Below, piece by piece: positions 26,358-36,378 of a DNA stretch of 64,000 bases. Location: NCBI GenBank assembly GCA_036502405.1, contig DASXYP010000049.1:44596-108595 (forward strand), in the 5' to 3' direction. The first letter of the stretch is position 1. Each line of letters begins with the position of its first letter. The position numbers and the translations under genes were made by a program. This DNA comes from Acidimicrobiia bacterium (GTDB lineage Bacteria; Actinomycetota; Acidimicrobiia; IMCC26256; JAENVU01). Below the pieces are notes generated by a model. It saw only the letters and a list, made by a program, of their open reading frames with translations. It did not search any database and was not told where the DNA came from.

Positions 26358-27566
26358 ATGCGTGCAGTGGTGTGGAAGGGCCCGCGGGAAATCGCGGTGG
26401 AGAACGTGGACGACGTCCGGATGGTCGAGCCGACGGACGCGATCCTGCGCCTGACCTCCGCCGCGATCTGCGGCAGCGACCTGCATCCCTACGAGGGCCG
26501 GGCGCCGGCCGAGCCGGGAACGGTGTTCGGGCACGAGAACCTCGGCGTCATCGAGGAGGTCGGGCCCGGCGTGCGCACCATCGCGCCCGGCGACCGGGTG
26601 GTGCTGCCGTTCAACATCTCGTGCGGCTTCTGCTTCAACTGCACCCGCGGGTACTCGAACGCGTGCCTGATCACGAACCCGCAGGCGCACGGCGGCGGGT
26701 ACGGCTACAGCGGCATGGGGCCTCACCGAGGCGGACAGGCCGAGTACGTCCGCGTCGCGTACGCGGACTACAACGCGTTGAAGCTCCCCGGCGAGCCCGG
26801 CGACCAGCACGAGGACGACTTCGTCCTGCTTGCCGACATCTTCCCGACCGGCTATCACGCCACCGAGCAGGCCAAGGTCCGGTCGGGTGACAGCGTCGCG
26901 ATCTTCGGAGCCGGCCCCGTCGGGTTGCTCGCGGCCCTGAGCGCGCGCCTCAAGGGAGCGGCGGAGATCTACGTCGTCGACGCGGTCGACGACCGACTCG
27001 ACCTCGTCGAGCAGATCGACGGCGCAGTGCCGGTCGACCTGCGCACGGGCGACCCGGTCGAGCAGATCATCGACCTGCGGGAGCCGCATCGCCGCTCGGT
27101 CCAGGATCTCCGCGGCGACTCGGGCGAGAAGATGCCGGGCGTCATGTGCACGATCGACGCCGTCGGCTACGAGGCGTGGGACCGCCAGGCCGTCGGCGAG
27201 AAGCAGAACCCGACCCAGCTCCTCGACCAGCTCGTCCGGGTGACGAATCCCACCGGTCACATCGGGCTCATCGGCGTCTACTTCCCTGAGGACCCGGGGG
27301 CACCGGACGAGGACTCCAAGCAGGGACGCTTCACCGTGTCGCTCGGCGCGGCGTGGAACAAGGGCATCGCGATCGAGACCGGGCAGGCACCGGTCAAGCG
27401 CTACAACGTCTACCTGCGCGACCTGATCCTCCAGGGACTCGCCAAGCCGAGCTTCATCGTGTCCCAGGACCTTCCGCTCGATGCCGCGCCCGACGCCTAC
27501 GCGAAGTTCGACGAGCGCGCGCCCGGCTACAGCAAGGTCGTTCTCAAGCCCTTCGCGGCTGCATAG
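26358..27566 (+). CDS. Zn-dependent dehydrogenase, glutathione-independent formaldehyde dehydrogenase (FdhA)-like
   Basis: 402 aa. 'AICGSDLHPYEG', 'GHENLGVIEEVG', the structural-Zn loop 'CGFCFNCTRGYSNAC', 'GGGYGYSGMGPHRGGQAEYVRV' and 'GAGPVGLLAA'. Collinear with Pseudomonas FdhA (from memory). Confidence 0.9.
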   Translation: MRAVVWKGPREIAVENVDDVRMVEPTDAILRLTSAAICGSDLHPYEGRAPAEPGTVFGHENLGVIEEVGPGVRTIAPGDRVVLPFNISCGFCFNCTRGYSNACLITNPQAHGGGYGYSGMGPHRGGQAEYVRVAYADYNALKLPGEPGDQHEDDFVLLADIFPTGYHATEQAKVRSGDSVAIFGAGPVGLLAALSARLKGAAEIYVVDAVDDRLDLVEQIDGAVPVDLRTGDPVEQIIDLREPHRRSVQDLRGDSGEKMPGVMCTIDAVGYEAWDRQAVGEKQNPTQLLDQLVRVTNPTGHIGLIGVYFPEDPGAPDEDSKQGRFTVSLGAAWNKGIAIETGQAPVKRYNVYLRDLILQGLAKPSFIVSQDLPLDAAPDAYAKFDERAPGYSKVVLKPFAAA

Positions 27567-27705
27567 CGGGGCGACAACCTGGATCCGTCGCCACGAGGCA
27601 ACGGCGTGGGCCCCGGCGGCCGAGACGCCCTTCGACCGAGTCGTCAGTTCAGGCATCGGCGGTTTGGGGAACGCTGACACGGGCGCAACGCGAAAGGAAT
27701 GACCC

Positions 27706-28374
27706 GTGGCCGAGCGAGTCGACACCGAGCAGGTCCGCGCCCTCGCGCGTGAGGGCGCGGTCCTCATCGAGGTGCTGCCGCGCGATGCGTACGAGGCCGA
27801 GCACCTGCCGGGGGCGCTCAGCATCCCGCTGGAGGAGCTGAACCGCGACGCGGTGGCCGAGCTCGATCCCACTCGGCCGACGGTGACCTACTGCTACGAC
27901 TACCAGTGCGATCTCAGTGCGCGCGCGGCACGGCGGCTCGAGACCTTGGGGTTCGATCGCGTCTACGACTACACCGCGAGCAAGGTCGCATGGTTCGCCG
28001 AAGGCCTCCCGACAGCGGGTCGCATCCGCGACGAGCGGCGGGCCGGCGCGGTCGCCCGACCCGTCCCGACCTGCTCGCTCTCGGACACGGTCGCCGAGCT
28101 GGCCCAGCCGATGGCCGATCACGACCGGACGGTGGTGACCGACGACTCCGGCGTCGTGCTCGGCCTGGTGCGGCGCGAGGTGCTCGCGCTCCCGCCGGGC
28201 ACCGCCGTCGAGCGCGTGATGCAGCTTGCGCCGCCGACGGTGCGCCCGAGCATCCAGGTCGACGAGCTGGCCGACAGCATGGAGCGCGACGGGCGCAGCT
28301 ACGTGCTGGTCAGCCACCTCGACGGCACCCTCGTCGGGCTCATCGAGCGTGCAGACCTCGATGGCCGTCACTGA
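27706..28374 (+). CDS. Rhodanese-domain protein fused to a CBS-domain pair
   Basis: 222 aa with a GTG start. The N-terminal ~100 aa are rhodanese-like (EHLPGALSIPL...VTYCYDYQCDLSARAARRL). The C-terminal ~110 aa have two CBS-like segments (VVTDDSGVVLGLVRR..., VLVSHLDGTLVGLIERADL). Confidence 0.85.
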   Translation: MAERVDTEQVRALAREGAVLIEVLPRDAYEAEHLPGALSIPLEELNRDAVAELDPTRPTVTYCYDYQCDLSARAARRLETLGFDRVYDYTASKVAWFAEGLPTAGRIRDERRAGAVARPVPTCSLSDTVAELAQPMADHDRTVVTDDSGVVLGLVRREVLALPPGTAVERVMQLAPPTVRPSIQVDELADSMERDGRSYVLVSHLDGTLVGLIERADLDGRH

Positions 28375-29347
28375 CGCGCTCGGCCGCGGGCCCGAGCTCG
28401 GCTACTGGATCTCGAGCGAGGAGCATCCGCCGGACCGCCTGGTCGATCACGCCGCCGCGGCAGAAGCCGCCGGGTTCCGGACCGCGATGATCTCGGACCA
28501 CTTCCATCCGTGGACACCGGGACAGGGGCAGAGTGGGTTCGTGTGGTCGGTGCTCGGCGCGATCGCGGCCCGCACCGCAGCGTTGCGGGTCGGCACCGGC
28601 GTGACCGCACCGATCGCCCGCGTCCATCCGGTCGTCATCGCGCACGCCGCGGCCACGGTCGAGCTGCTCATGCCGGGTCGGTTCTTCCTCGGTCTCGGCG
28701 CGGGCGAGCGCATCAACGAGCAGGTGGTGGGGCGCCACTGGCCGACCGGGCGCGTGCGGCGCGAGATGGTCGAGGAAGCGGCCGGGGTGATCCGCCGGCT
28801 CTGGTCCGGCAGCACGGTCACCCACGAGGGCGAGCACTTCCGCGTCGAGCGCGCCCGCCTCTACAGCCGCCCCGACACCGTGCCGCCGATCGTGGCCGCC
28901 GCGGGCGGGCGGAAGTCGGCCCAGCTCGCGGGTCGGATCGCCGACGGGCTCGTCGGGGTGGCGCCCGACCCCGACCTGGTCGATGCGTTCGAAGGGTCCG
29001 GTGGCGCGGGGAAGCCGCGCCTGGCGCAGCTCCACGTCTGCTGGGCCGAGTCCGAGACCGAGGCGCGGCGCACGGCGCACGAGTGGTGGCCGAACGCGGC
29101 GCTTCCCCCGGCGTTGCTCGGTGAGCTGGCAGTGCCGACGCAATTCGCAGCGGCGGCATCGCTCGTGACGGAGGATGCCGTGGCGGAGCAGGTGGTGTGC
29201 GGCCCCGATCCGGCGCGCCACCGTGCCGCGATCGACCGCTTCGTGGCCGCCGGCTTCACCACGGTCTACGTGCACCAGATCGGGCCCGACCAGCAGGGCT
29301 TCCTCGACTTCGCGCGTCGGGAGCTGCTCGACCACCTCAGCGCCTGA
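28361..29347 (+). CDS. Luciferase-like monooxygenase (LLM) class F420-dependent oxidoreductase
   Basis: Tail of ORF 28226..29347 from ATG 28361 (14-nt overlap with the upstream gene). 'ISDHFHPW...GQSGFVWSVLGAIAA', 'GRFFLGLGAGE..NE' and a C-terminal 'GFTTVYVHQIGPDQ' are typical of the F420/glucose-6-phosphate-dehydrogenase-related LLM family (from memory). Confidence 0.85.
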   Translation: MAVTDALGRGPELGYWISSEEHPPDRLVDHAAAAEAAGFRTAMISDHFHPWTPGQGQSGFVWSVLGAIAARTAALRVGTGVTAPIARVHPVVIAHAAATVELLMPGRFFLGLGAGERINEQVVGRHWPTGRVRREMVEEAAGVIRRLWSGSTVTHEGEHFRVERARLYSRPDTVPPIVAAAGGRKSAQLAGRIADGLVGVAPDPDLVDAFEGSGGAGKPRLAQLHVCWAESETEARRTAHEWWPNAALPPALLGELAVPTQFAAAASLVTEDAVAEQVVCGPDPARHRAAIDRFVAAGFTTVYVHQIGPDQQGFLDFARRELLDHLSA

Positions 29348-29479
29348 CCCGCCGGCGAGTCACGGTCCGAAGCGCGAGGCCGACGCCGGCGACTCGGAGC
29401 TGGACGACGACTCCGACCGCGATGCAACGGCAGTCAGTTGGGTACGGTCCCCCGGTTCCGAGCAACCGAGAGGGATGGC

Positions 29480-29959
29480 ATGGCCCAGCAGGTGGACGCG
29501 CGGCAGCGGCGCCTCGGCTCCGCGCTCGAGGGTGCCGCCGTGCAGGTCGCGGTCGCCGAGTCACTGACCGGAGGCGAGCTGGCCGCCCGGTTCGCCGTCA
29601 CCCCGGGATCCGCGGCGTGGTTCCGAGGCGGCGTCGTCGCGTACTCGAGCACCGTCAAGCACGCGCTGCTCGGCGTCCCACCCGGGCCGGTCGTGTCGGA
29701 GCAGGCCGCAGACGCGATGGCGCGAAGCGTGTGCGAGATCATGAACGCCGACCTGAGCGTCGCGGTGACCGGCGTCGCCGGCCCCGACCCCCAGGACGGC
29801 GAGCCACCCGGCACCGTGTGGATGGCTCTTCGCCACAACGGCACGACGGAGACCCGTCGCCTGCACCTGCCGGGTGACCCTTCGGCGGTCGTCGACGCGA
29901 CCTGCGAGCAGGCGCTCGAATGGGTCATCGACCGGATCGAGGACGCGAGTGCCGCCTGA
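29480..29959 (+). CDS. CinA C-terminal domain / PncC-type nicotinamide-nucleotide amidohydrolase family protein
   Basis: ORF 29438..29959; ATG 29480 is preceded by GAGAGGGA. '[16 protein letters not shown]...[14 protein letters not shown]...K...LGV' and '[20 protein letters not shown]' match the CinA_C/PncC fold. Confidence 0.85.
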   Translation: MAQQVDARQRRLGSALEGAAVQVAVAESLTGGELAARFAVTPGSAAWFRGGVVAYSSTVKHALLGVPPGPVVSEQAADAMARSVCEIMNADLSVAVTGVAGPDPQDGEPPGTVWMALRHNGTTETRRLHLPGDPSAVVDATCEQALEWVIDRIEDASAA

Positions 29960-32048
29960 CCTGCCCGCCGCAACCGCGCGGCTGCCGTTCGACTCGATCT
30001 ACACGCACGGGTTCGTTCGGATCGCCGCGGCGATCCCGAACGTGCGGGTGGGCGACGTCGAGCACAACGTCGCCCGCACCATCGATCTCATCGTGCGGGC
30101 CGACGCCGACGACGTGGCGTTGGTGACGTTCCCGGAGCTCGGCCTGGTCGGCTACACCGCGCAGGACCTGTTCCACCAGGACGCGATGCTCCAGGCCGTC
30201 CTCGCCGGGCTGCTCGACATCCAGCACGCGACGTCCGCGCTCCTCCCCCTCGTGGTCGTCGGCGCGCCCGCCCGCTTCGGTCACGCCCTCTTCAACACCG
30301 CGTTCGTGATGCACCGCGGGCGGCTCCTCGGCGTCGTCCCGAAGAGCTACCTGCCCAACTACCGCGAGTTCTACGAGAAGCGGCACTTCAGCCCCGCGCG
30401 CCAGGCCACCTTCGGAACGGTCGAGGTGCTCGGACAGGGCGTTCCGTTCGGCCCTGACCTGCTGTTCGCAGCGAAGGACGTCGACGACCTCGTGGTGAGC
30501 GTCGAGATCTGCGAGGACCTCTGGGTGCCGATCCCTCCGAGCACCTACGCCGCGATGGCCGGTGCCACGGTGGTCGCCAACCCGTCGGCGAGCAACATCA
30601 CGGTCGCCAAGGCCGGCTACCGGCGTCAGCTCTGCTCGGCGCAGTCGGCGCGAACGTTCTGCGCGTACGTCTATGCGGGCGCCGGCCGGGGCGAGTCCAC
30701 CACCGACCTCGCCTGGGACGGGCACGGGCTCGTGGCCGAGAACGGCACCGTGATCGCCGAGAGCGAGCGGTTCGCGCCGCACGAGCAGCTGGTGACCGCC
30801 GACGTCGATCTCGGGCGCCTGATCGCCGACCGCATCAGGACCACCAGCTTCGGCGACTCCGTCCACGATCACCGTGCTGCAGTGGGCCACCGCCGGATCG
30901 AGCTCGAGCTCGGCGTCCCGAGGGGACCCGTGCCGCTGCGCCGGGAGATCTCACGCTTCCCGTTCGTCCCGGCCGACCCGGCCGAGCGCGACGAGCGGTG
31001 CGCCGAGGTGTACGACATCCAGCGCACCGGACTGGGCACCCGGCTCCGTTCCACGGGAATCGACAAGGTCGTGATCGGCGTCTCCGGCGGCCTGGACTCG
31101 ACCCAGGCCCTCCTCGTCGCGGTGCGCACGATGGACGAGCTCGGCCTCCCGAGGACGAACGTCCTCGGCTACACGCTGCCGGGCTTCGCGACGAGCGATT
31201 CCACACGGGCCAACGCCCACCGCCTCATGGACGCGCTCCGCATCAGCCACGACGAGATCGACATCCGCCCGGCCGCGCTGCAGATGCTCCGGGACATCAA
31301 CCACCCGGCGGCGGACGGTGCGCCCGTCTACGACGTGACCTACGAGAACGTGCAGGCCGGGGCGCGTACGTCCGTCCTGTTCCGACTCGCGAACCAGCAT
31401 GACGCGATCGTCGTGGGCACCGGTGACCTGTCCGAGCTGGCGCTCGGCTGGTGCACCTACGGCGTCGGGGACCAGATGTCGCACTACGGCGTCAACGGCT
31501 CGGTACCGAAGACGCTCATCAAGTACCTCGTGCGCTGGGTCGCGGAGGCCGAGGATCCCGGTGGCGACGCGCGCGAGGTGCTCGAGTCGATCCTGGCCAC
31601 CGAGATCTCGCCCGAGCTCGTTCCCGGCGATGGCACGGGCGGACCGCACCAACGCAGCGAGGACTTCGTGGGCCCGTACGATCTGCAGGACTTCCACCTG
31701 TACTACGTGCTCCGCTTCGGGTACCGACCGTCCAAGGTCGCGTTCCTCGCGAACCATGCGTGGGGAGACCGCACGCGAGGCGTCTGGCCGGACACGATCG
31801 AGCCGGGATCACGCAATGAGTACGACCTCGCCACCGAGCGTCGATGGCTGGGCGAGTTCCTCCGCCGGTTCTTCGGGGAGAGTCAGTTCAAGCGCTCCGC
31901 GCTCCCCGACGGACCGAAGGTCGGCTCGGGTGGCTCCCTCTCGCCGCGCGGGGATTGGCGGGCACCGAGCGACGGGACGGCCGCCGCGTGGCTCGACGAG
32001 CTCGAGAGCCAGTCGAGCGACGAACCGCGACGACCAAGGAGCCCGTGA
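29949..32048 (+). CDS. nadE: Glutamine-dependent NAD+ synthetase (large, nitrilase-domain fused type)
   Basis: Tail of ORF 29874..32048, with GTG 29949 (11-nt overlap). The N-terminal CN-hydrolase domain has '[10 protein letters not shown]', '[16 protein letters not shown]' and 'EICEDLWVP'. The C-terminal synthetase domain has the P-loop '[14 protein letters not shown]' and '[27 protein letters not shown]'. Confidence 0.95.
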   Translation: MPPDLPAATARLPFDSIYTHGFVRIAAAIPNVRVGDVEHNVARTIDLIVRADADDVALVTFPELGLVGYTAQDLFHQDAMLQAVLAGLLDIQHATSALLPLVVVGAPARFGHALFNTAFVMHRGRLLGVVPKSYLPNYREFYEKRHFSPARQATFGTVEVLGQGVPFGPDLLFAAKDVDDLVVSVEICEDLWVPIPPSTYAAMAGATVVANPSASNITVAKAGYRRQLCSAQSARTFCAYVYAGAGRGESTTDLAWDGHGLVAENGTVIAESERFAPHEQLVTADVDLGRLIADRIRTTSFGDSVHDHRAAVGHRRIELELGVPRGPVPLRREISRFPFVPADPAERDERCAEVYDIQRTGLGTRLRSTGIDKVVIGVSGGLDSTQALLVAVRTMDELGLPRTNVLGYTLPGFATSDSTRANAHRLMDALRISHDEIDIRPAALQMLRDINHPAADGAPVYDVTYENVQAGARTSVLFRLANQHDAIVVGTGDLSELALGWCTYGVGDQMSHYGVNGSVPKTLIKYLVRWVAEAEDPGGDAREVLESILATEISPELVPGDGTGGPHQRSEDFVGPYDLQDFHLYYVLRFGYRPSKVAFLANHAWGDRTRGVWPDTIEPGSRNEYDLATERRWLGEFLRRFFGESQFKRSALPDGPKVGSGGSLSPRGDWRAPSDGTAAAWLDELESQSSDEPRRPRSP

Positions 32049-32089
32049 ACCCTCTCGTGGGCCCGATGCCGCCGACCACTGCGAGGGGA

Positions 32090-33808
32090 CTACTCGCGCC
32101 CGTCGCCCCGCCGCCGGGTGACGCCCCGGCGATCCATCTCCTCGAGCAACGGCAACGCGTGCTTGCGCGTGATCCCGAGCGCGGCACGCAGTGCGGAGGT
32201 CGTCTGCGGGCCGTCGGCGTCGATGCGAGCCCGGACGATCCGTACGGCCTCGTCGAAGTCGGCCCGGCGGTAGGCGAAGGGGCCCGCCATCACGAGCACG
32301 CCGTCGCGGACGAGCGCGCGCAGCAGCCTCGCGGACGCGTCGAGCTCGGCGGCCGGCGGAGGTGCGAGGCCCGATGCCGCGAGCGTTCCTTCCAACGCAT
32401 CCGTCGGCGCTCGTCGGCCCGGGGCGTGCACCGTCTCGCCGTCGCTCACGAGCTCGGTGCGGGCGAGCACCGCGCCTAGAGCACCATCGGGAACCTGCAG
32501 CGTGCGACCGAGGCGAGCGACAGGAACCCCCGGCTCCGAGGGATGCTCGTCGTGGTGCCTCGCGACCGCATCGGTCGCCGCCTGCCCGAGCCGGTCGAGC
32601 GTCTCGGGCGCCGTCAAGAAGGCCCCGGCGCGCTCGGCGCGCGTCGAGCCCCCCGGCGCCAGCGCTTCCGCATCGGCGGTCGGGACGAAGTCGCGCTCCG
32701 CGAGCAGGACGTCGAGCAGCTCCCGCTCCGGAGCCGCGGCTTCGCGCCGTCGTAGCCGACCGGGGTCGATCGGCCCGGCCGGATCGACGTCGAGCACCGC
32801 ACCTCCCGCGACGACGCGGCCTCGGCCGGTGTCCCGGACGACGAACCGGTCGCCGACCGCGATCGGTAGCGGCCGAGACAGGCGCAGCCGGGCCATGCCG
32901 TGCGCGGGGAGGCTCCGGATCCGCGCCGGGACCACCGCGGTACCCAGGTAGAGGAGGTAGGCGCCGCGAGCGTCCAGACGGGCACCGGCAGTCACGGTGA
33001 CACGCGCGTCGACGCAGTCGGACATCCACCACTGCGAGCCGAGGCAGACCGCGTCACCGCGCCGCACGTTGCGATGGTCGACGCCGACGAGGTTCAGAGC
33101 CACCCGGCTCCCGGCCACGGCGACGTCGCGTGCGCGCTCGTGGGTCTGGATGGTCCGGACCCGCGCTCGGAGCCGGCGGTCGCCCATGACGTCGACTTCT
33201 TCGTCGACCTGCAGCGACCCGCCTTGCAACGTCCCGGTGACGACGGTGCCCGCGCCGCGCACGGTGAAGCTCCGGTCCACCCAAAGGCGCGGCCGGGTGC
33301 CGGCATCGGGCGGCACGGATGCCTGGAGCCGGTCGAGGGCGGCGCGGAGCTCGGCGAGCCCCGCGCCCGTGCGCGCGGACACCTCGACGATCGGCCACCG
33401 GCGGGCGGCTCGCTCGGCGATCTGGCTCTGCACGGCGGCGCAGCGGTCCGGCTCCACGAGGTCGGTCTTCGTGATCGCGACGATCCCGCGTTCGACCTCG
33501 AGCAGCCGGAGGACCTCGTGGTGCTCCTCGGTCTGGGGCATCCATCCCTCGTCGGCCGCGACCACGAGCAGGGCGCTGCGCACGCCGCCCACCCCGGCGA
33601 GCATGTTGCCGATGAACCGCTCGTGACCCGGCACGTCGACGAAGCCGAGCTCCGAACCCGAGGGCAGGACGGTCCAGGCGAAGCCGAGGTCGATGGTGAG
33701 CCCGCGCCGCTTCTCCTCCGCGAACCGATCAGGGTCGCGACCGGTCAGCGCGACGATGAGGGTGGACTTCCCGTGATCGACGTGACCCGCGGTTGCGATG
33801 ACGTCCAC
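32090..33808 (-). CDS. selB: Selenocysteine-specific translation elongation factor SelB
   Basis: 3' part of ORF 32090..35155. GTG 33808 is preceded by GAGAGGA. G-domain 'ATAGHVDHGKSTLIVALTG', 'DVPGHERF' and 'TKTD', followed by beta-barrel domains and a long winged-helix C-terminus ending '...ALGITRKHALPLLEEMDRRGVTRR'. Confidence 0.9.
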   Translation of the reverse strand: MDVIATAGHVDHGKSTLIVALTGRDPDRFAEEKRRGLTIDLGFAWTVLPSGSELGFVDVPGHERFIGNMLAGVGGVRSALLVVAADEGWMPQTEEHHEVLRLLEVERGIVAITKTDLVEPDRCAAVQSQIAERAARRWPIVEVSARTGAGLAELRAALDRLQASVPPDAGTRPRLWVDRSFTVRGAGTVVTGTLQGGSLQVDEEVDVMGDRRLRARVRTIQTHERARDVAVAGSRVALNLVGVDHRNVRRGDAVCLGSQWWMSDCVDARVTVTAGARLDARGAYLLYLGTAVVPARIRSLPAHGMARLRLSRPLPIAVGDRFVVRDTGRGRVVAGGAVLDVDPAGPIDPGRLRRREAAAPERELLDVLLAERDFVPTADAEALAPGGSTRAERAGAFLTAPETLDRLGQAATDAVARHHDEHPSEPGVPVARLGRTLQVPDGALGAVLARTELVSDGETVHAPGRRAPTDALEGTLAASGLAPPPAAELDASARLLRALVRDGVLVMAGPFAYRRADFDEAVRIVRARIDADGPQTTSALRAALGITRKHALPLLEEMDRRGVTRRRGDGRE

Positions 33809-33904
33809 GATCGTCCTCTCGCCTGCAGTCCGGCCGTCGACCGGGGTTGCTTTCGGGTCCGCTGGGTACCTTCCGGCGGTGCAACCGGCGCCGAGGTCCT
33901 GGAC

Positions 33905-34903
33905 ATGACGGGCACGGCGGCCGCGTTCCGGCTCACTGAGCATGCTCACGGCGGCGGCTGCGCATGCAAGATCCCTCCGGACGAGCTCGAGCGGCTCACC
34001 GACGGCCTCGTTCCGGACCGCTCGGACCCCCGGCTCCTCGTCGGCATCGACACCGGCGACGACGCGGCGGCGGTCGACGTCGGCGGCGGAGAAGCGATCA
34101 TCATGACGACCGACTTCTTCCCGCCGGTGGTGGACGACGCCTACGACTGGGGCCGGATCGCGGCTGCGAACGCGCTCTCCGACGTGTACGCCATGGGCGG
34201 CGAGCCGTTCGTCGCCGTCAATCTCCTCGGGTGGCCGCGGACGGCGCTCCCGATGGAGCTCGCCGCCGAGGTGCTCCGCGGCGGCCACGACGTCGCCCGG
34301 CAGGCCGGCTGCCTGCTCGCGGGTGGACACTCGATCGACGACGCCGAGCCGAAGTACGGCCTGGCGGTCACGGGGCGCGCCCGCATCGACCAGCTCCTGC
34401 AGATCGACGCCGGGCGGGCCGGCCTGCCGCTCTCGCTGACGAAGCCACTCGGCGTCGGGACGCTCAACACCCGCCACAAGGTGACCGGGACCGTCTTTCA
34501 CGACGCGATCTCCGTGATGACGACCTTGAACGCCGACGCGAGCCGGGCCGCGGTGGCCGCCGGGATCCGCTGCGCGACCGACGTCACCGGCTTCGGGCTG
34601 CTCGGCCACCTCAAGAAGCTGACGCGTGCGAGCGGCGTCTCCGCGGTCGTCGACCGCGCGGCCGTGCCGTATCTCGACGGGGCCGTCGCGTCGGTCCGGG
34701 ACGGGTTCGTGAGCGGCGGCACGCGCCGGAACCTCGAGTGGGTGCGTGACGTCCTCGACCCCGGCGGCGCCGACGAAGCCGAGCTGCTGCTGCTCGCGGA
34801 CGCACAGACCTCGGGCGGGCTCCTCGTCGTCGGCGAGATCCCGGGTGCGCCGGTCATCGGCGAGCTCGTCCACCGAACCGACGCGCAGCTCGTGCTGCGA
34901 TGA
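33905..34903 (+). CDS. selD: Selenide, water dikinase (selenophosphate synthetase), Cys-type
   Basis: Tail of ORF 32900..34903 from ATG 33905. 'LTEHAHGGGCACKIPP' is the glycine-rich active-site loop, here with Cys rather than Sec. 'GDDAAAV' and 'TTDFFPPVVDDAYDWGRIAAANALSDVYAMGG' are AIR-synthase-related motifs. Confidence 0.9.
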   Translation: MTGTAAAFRLTEHAHGGGCACKIPPDELERLTDGLVPDRSDPRLLVGIDTGDDAAAVDVGGGEAIIMTTDFFPPVVDDAYDWGRIAAANALSDVYAMGGEPFVAVNLLGWPRTALPMELAAEVLRGGHDVARQAGCLLAGGHSIDDAEPKYGLAVTGRARIDQLLQIDAGRAGLPLSLTKPLGVGTLNTRHKVTGTVFHDAISVMTTLNADASRAAVAAGIRCATDVTGFGLLGHLKKLTRASGVSAVVDRAAVPYLDGAVASVRDGFVSGGTRRNLEWVRDVLDPGGADEAELLLLADAQTSGGLLVVGEIPGAPVIGELVHRTDAQLVLR

Positions 34904-34909
34904 CCTCAG

Positions 34910-35004
34910 GGAGGCGTCAGGGGCCTGGTGGCCCCCGCGGTCTTCAACACCGTGGTGATCGAGTCTCTCGGTCAGGCGGGTTCGATTCCCGTCCGCCTCC
35001 GCCA
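34910..35004 (+). tRNA. selC: tRNA-Sec (anticodon UCA)
   Basis: 95 nt. Acceptor GGAGGCG/CGCCTCC followed by G-CCA. 6-bp D-stem GGGGCC/GGCCCC with the 4-nt loop TGGT. 6-bp anticodon stem CGCGGT/ACCGTG with loop CTTCAAC (TCA at 34944-34946). Long variable arm TGATCGAG-tct-CTCGGTCA. T-arm GGCGGG-TTCGATT-CCCGTC. Acceptor plus T stem total 13 bp, as in bacterial tRNA-Sec. Starts 7 nt after the selD stop. Confidence 0.93.
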
Positions 35005-35037
35005 TCCGCGAGCTCGGACCCCGCGACGGCCCGCACC

Positions 35038-36315
35038 ATGCCGTCCGTGGACCGGCTCGCCCGCGACCTCGCCGGCGCGGGCAACCCGCTCCCCCATGCG
35101 CTCCTGGTCGACGTCGCACGCGAAGCCATCCGGGTGCGGGACCCGGCGTCGGCACGTGCCGGAGCCGACCGCGCCCGTCGAACGCTCCTGCACCGGGTCG
35201 TCAACGCGACGGGCGTCCTGCTCCACACCAACCTCGGACGGGCGCCCGGCTCCGAAGACCGCGTCGACGACATGGGGTACGTCAACCTCGAGATCGATCT
35301 CGAGACCGGCCGCCGGGGGCGCCGGGGCGCGTCGGTGGCGACGCTGCTCCGGCTGCTGACGGGCGCCGAGGATGCGCTGGTCGTGAACAACGGCGCGGCC
35401 GCGATCCTCCTCGTGCTGACCGCGCTCGCGGCGGGCTCGACCGTGGCGGTGAGCCGGGGACAGCTGGTCGAGATCGGCGGCGGGGTCCGCATCCCGGACG
35501 TGCTCGAGACGAGCGGTGCCCGGCTCGCGGAGGTGGGCACCACCAACATCACCCGCGCGGCGGACTTCGCCCGCGCGCTCCACGAGACGGCCGACGGCGT
35601 CGCGGCACTGCTCGTCGTGCACCAGGCCAACTTCGAGATGCGCGGGTTCGTCCGCCAGCCGGCGCTGAGCGAGCTGGTGTCGCTCGGCCGTCCGGTGATC
35701 GTGGACCTCGGCTCGGGATTGCTCGACGCCACCACGCCGTGGCTCGAGGGCCCGACGCCGGGCTGGCTGGCGCACGAGCCGGCGGTCCGTCAGACGCTCG
35801 CGGGCGGAGCCGCGGTCGTCACGTTCTCGGGCGACAAGCTGCTCGGCGGCCCCCAGGCGGGCATCATCGCGGGAAGCCACGATCTCGTCGACGCCTGCCG
35901 TACCCATGCCCTCGCCCGGGCGCTCCGGGCCGGTCGGGTCGCGCTCCGCCAGCTCCAGGACCTGCTGCTCGCCTACGCGGACCGGAACGCCACGGCGATC
36001 CCCTTCTGGAGGATGGCGACGGTGCCCTGCGCCGAGCTGCGGGCCCGCGCCGAGGCCGTCTCGGCCGCCACCGGGGCACGGGTCGTCGAGTGCCGCTCGG
36101 TGCCGGGTGGAGGAAGCGCCCCCGACGCCGAGATCGATTCCGTCGGTGTGTGCCTCCCCGGTGACGTGAGCGCCGCGTTGCGCGCCCAGGATCCACCCGT
36201 CATCGCTCGGGTGACCGACGGCACCACGGTCTGCGATCTCCGCACCGTCGACCCGGAGGACGACGCGCACCTGGCTGCGGCACTCGTCGCCGCGGCATCG
36301 AAGCCTGCTCCCTGA
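35038..36315 (+). CDS. selA: L-seryl-tRNA(Sec) selenium transferase SelA
   Basis: Tail of ORF 34900..36315 from ATG 35038. 'VVNATGVLLHTNLGRAP', 'VNNGAAAILL' and the PLP-lysine motif 'FSGDKLLGGPQAGII'. Confidence 0.9.
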   Translation: MPSVDRLARDLAGAGNPLPHALLVDVAREAIRVRDPASARAGADRARRTLLHRVVNATGVLLHTNLGRAPGSEDRVDDMGYVNLEIDLETGRRGRRGASVATLLRLLTGAEDALVVNNGAAAILLVLTALAAGSTVAVSRGQLVEIGGGVRIPDVLETSGARLAEVGTTNITRAADFARALHETADGVAALLVVHQANFEMRGFVRQPALSELVSLGRPVIVDLGSGLLDATTPWLEGPTPGWLAHEPAVRQTLAGGAAVVTFSGDKLLGGPQAGIIAGSHDLVDACRTHALARALRAGRVALRQLQDLLLAYADRNATAIPFWRMATVPCAELRARAEAVSAATGARVVECRSVPGGGSAPDAEIDSVGVCLPGDVSAALRAQDPPVIARVTDGTTVCDLRTVDPEDDAHLAAALVAAASKPAP

Positions 36316-36378
36316 CGGTCCCAAGGTTTGGAAGCGGATCCGTCCTGGGTAGCGGAGCGCCGACGAGGAGGCGTGGCG

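Noticed and set aside
33809-35155. The 5' extension of the selB ORF (32090..35155, 1021 aa) running antisense through selD and tRNA-Sec; likewise the 5' extension of the selD ORF (32900..33904).
   Set aside because: Homology to SelB starts at the G-domain right after GTG 33808, which has a good SD. The extension is antisense to bona fide selD and is compositionally junk. The same logic applies to selD upstream of ATG 33905.
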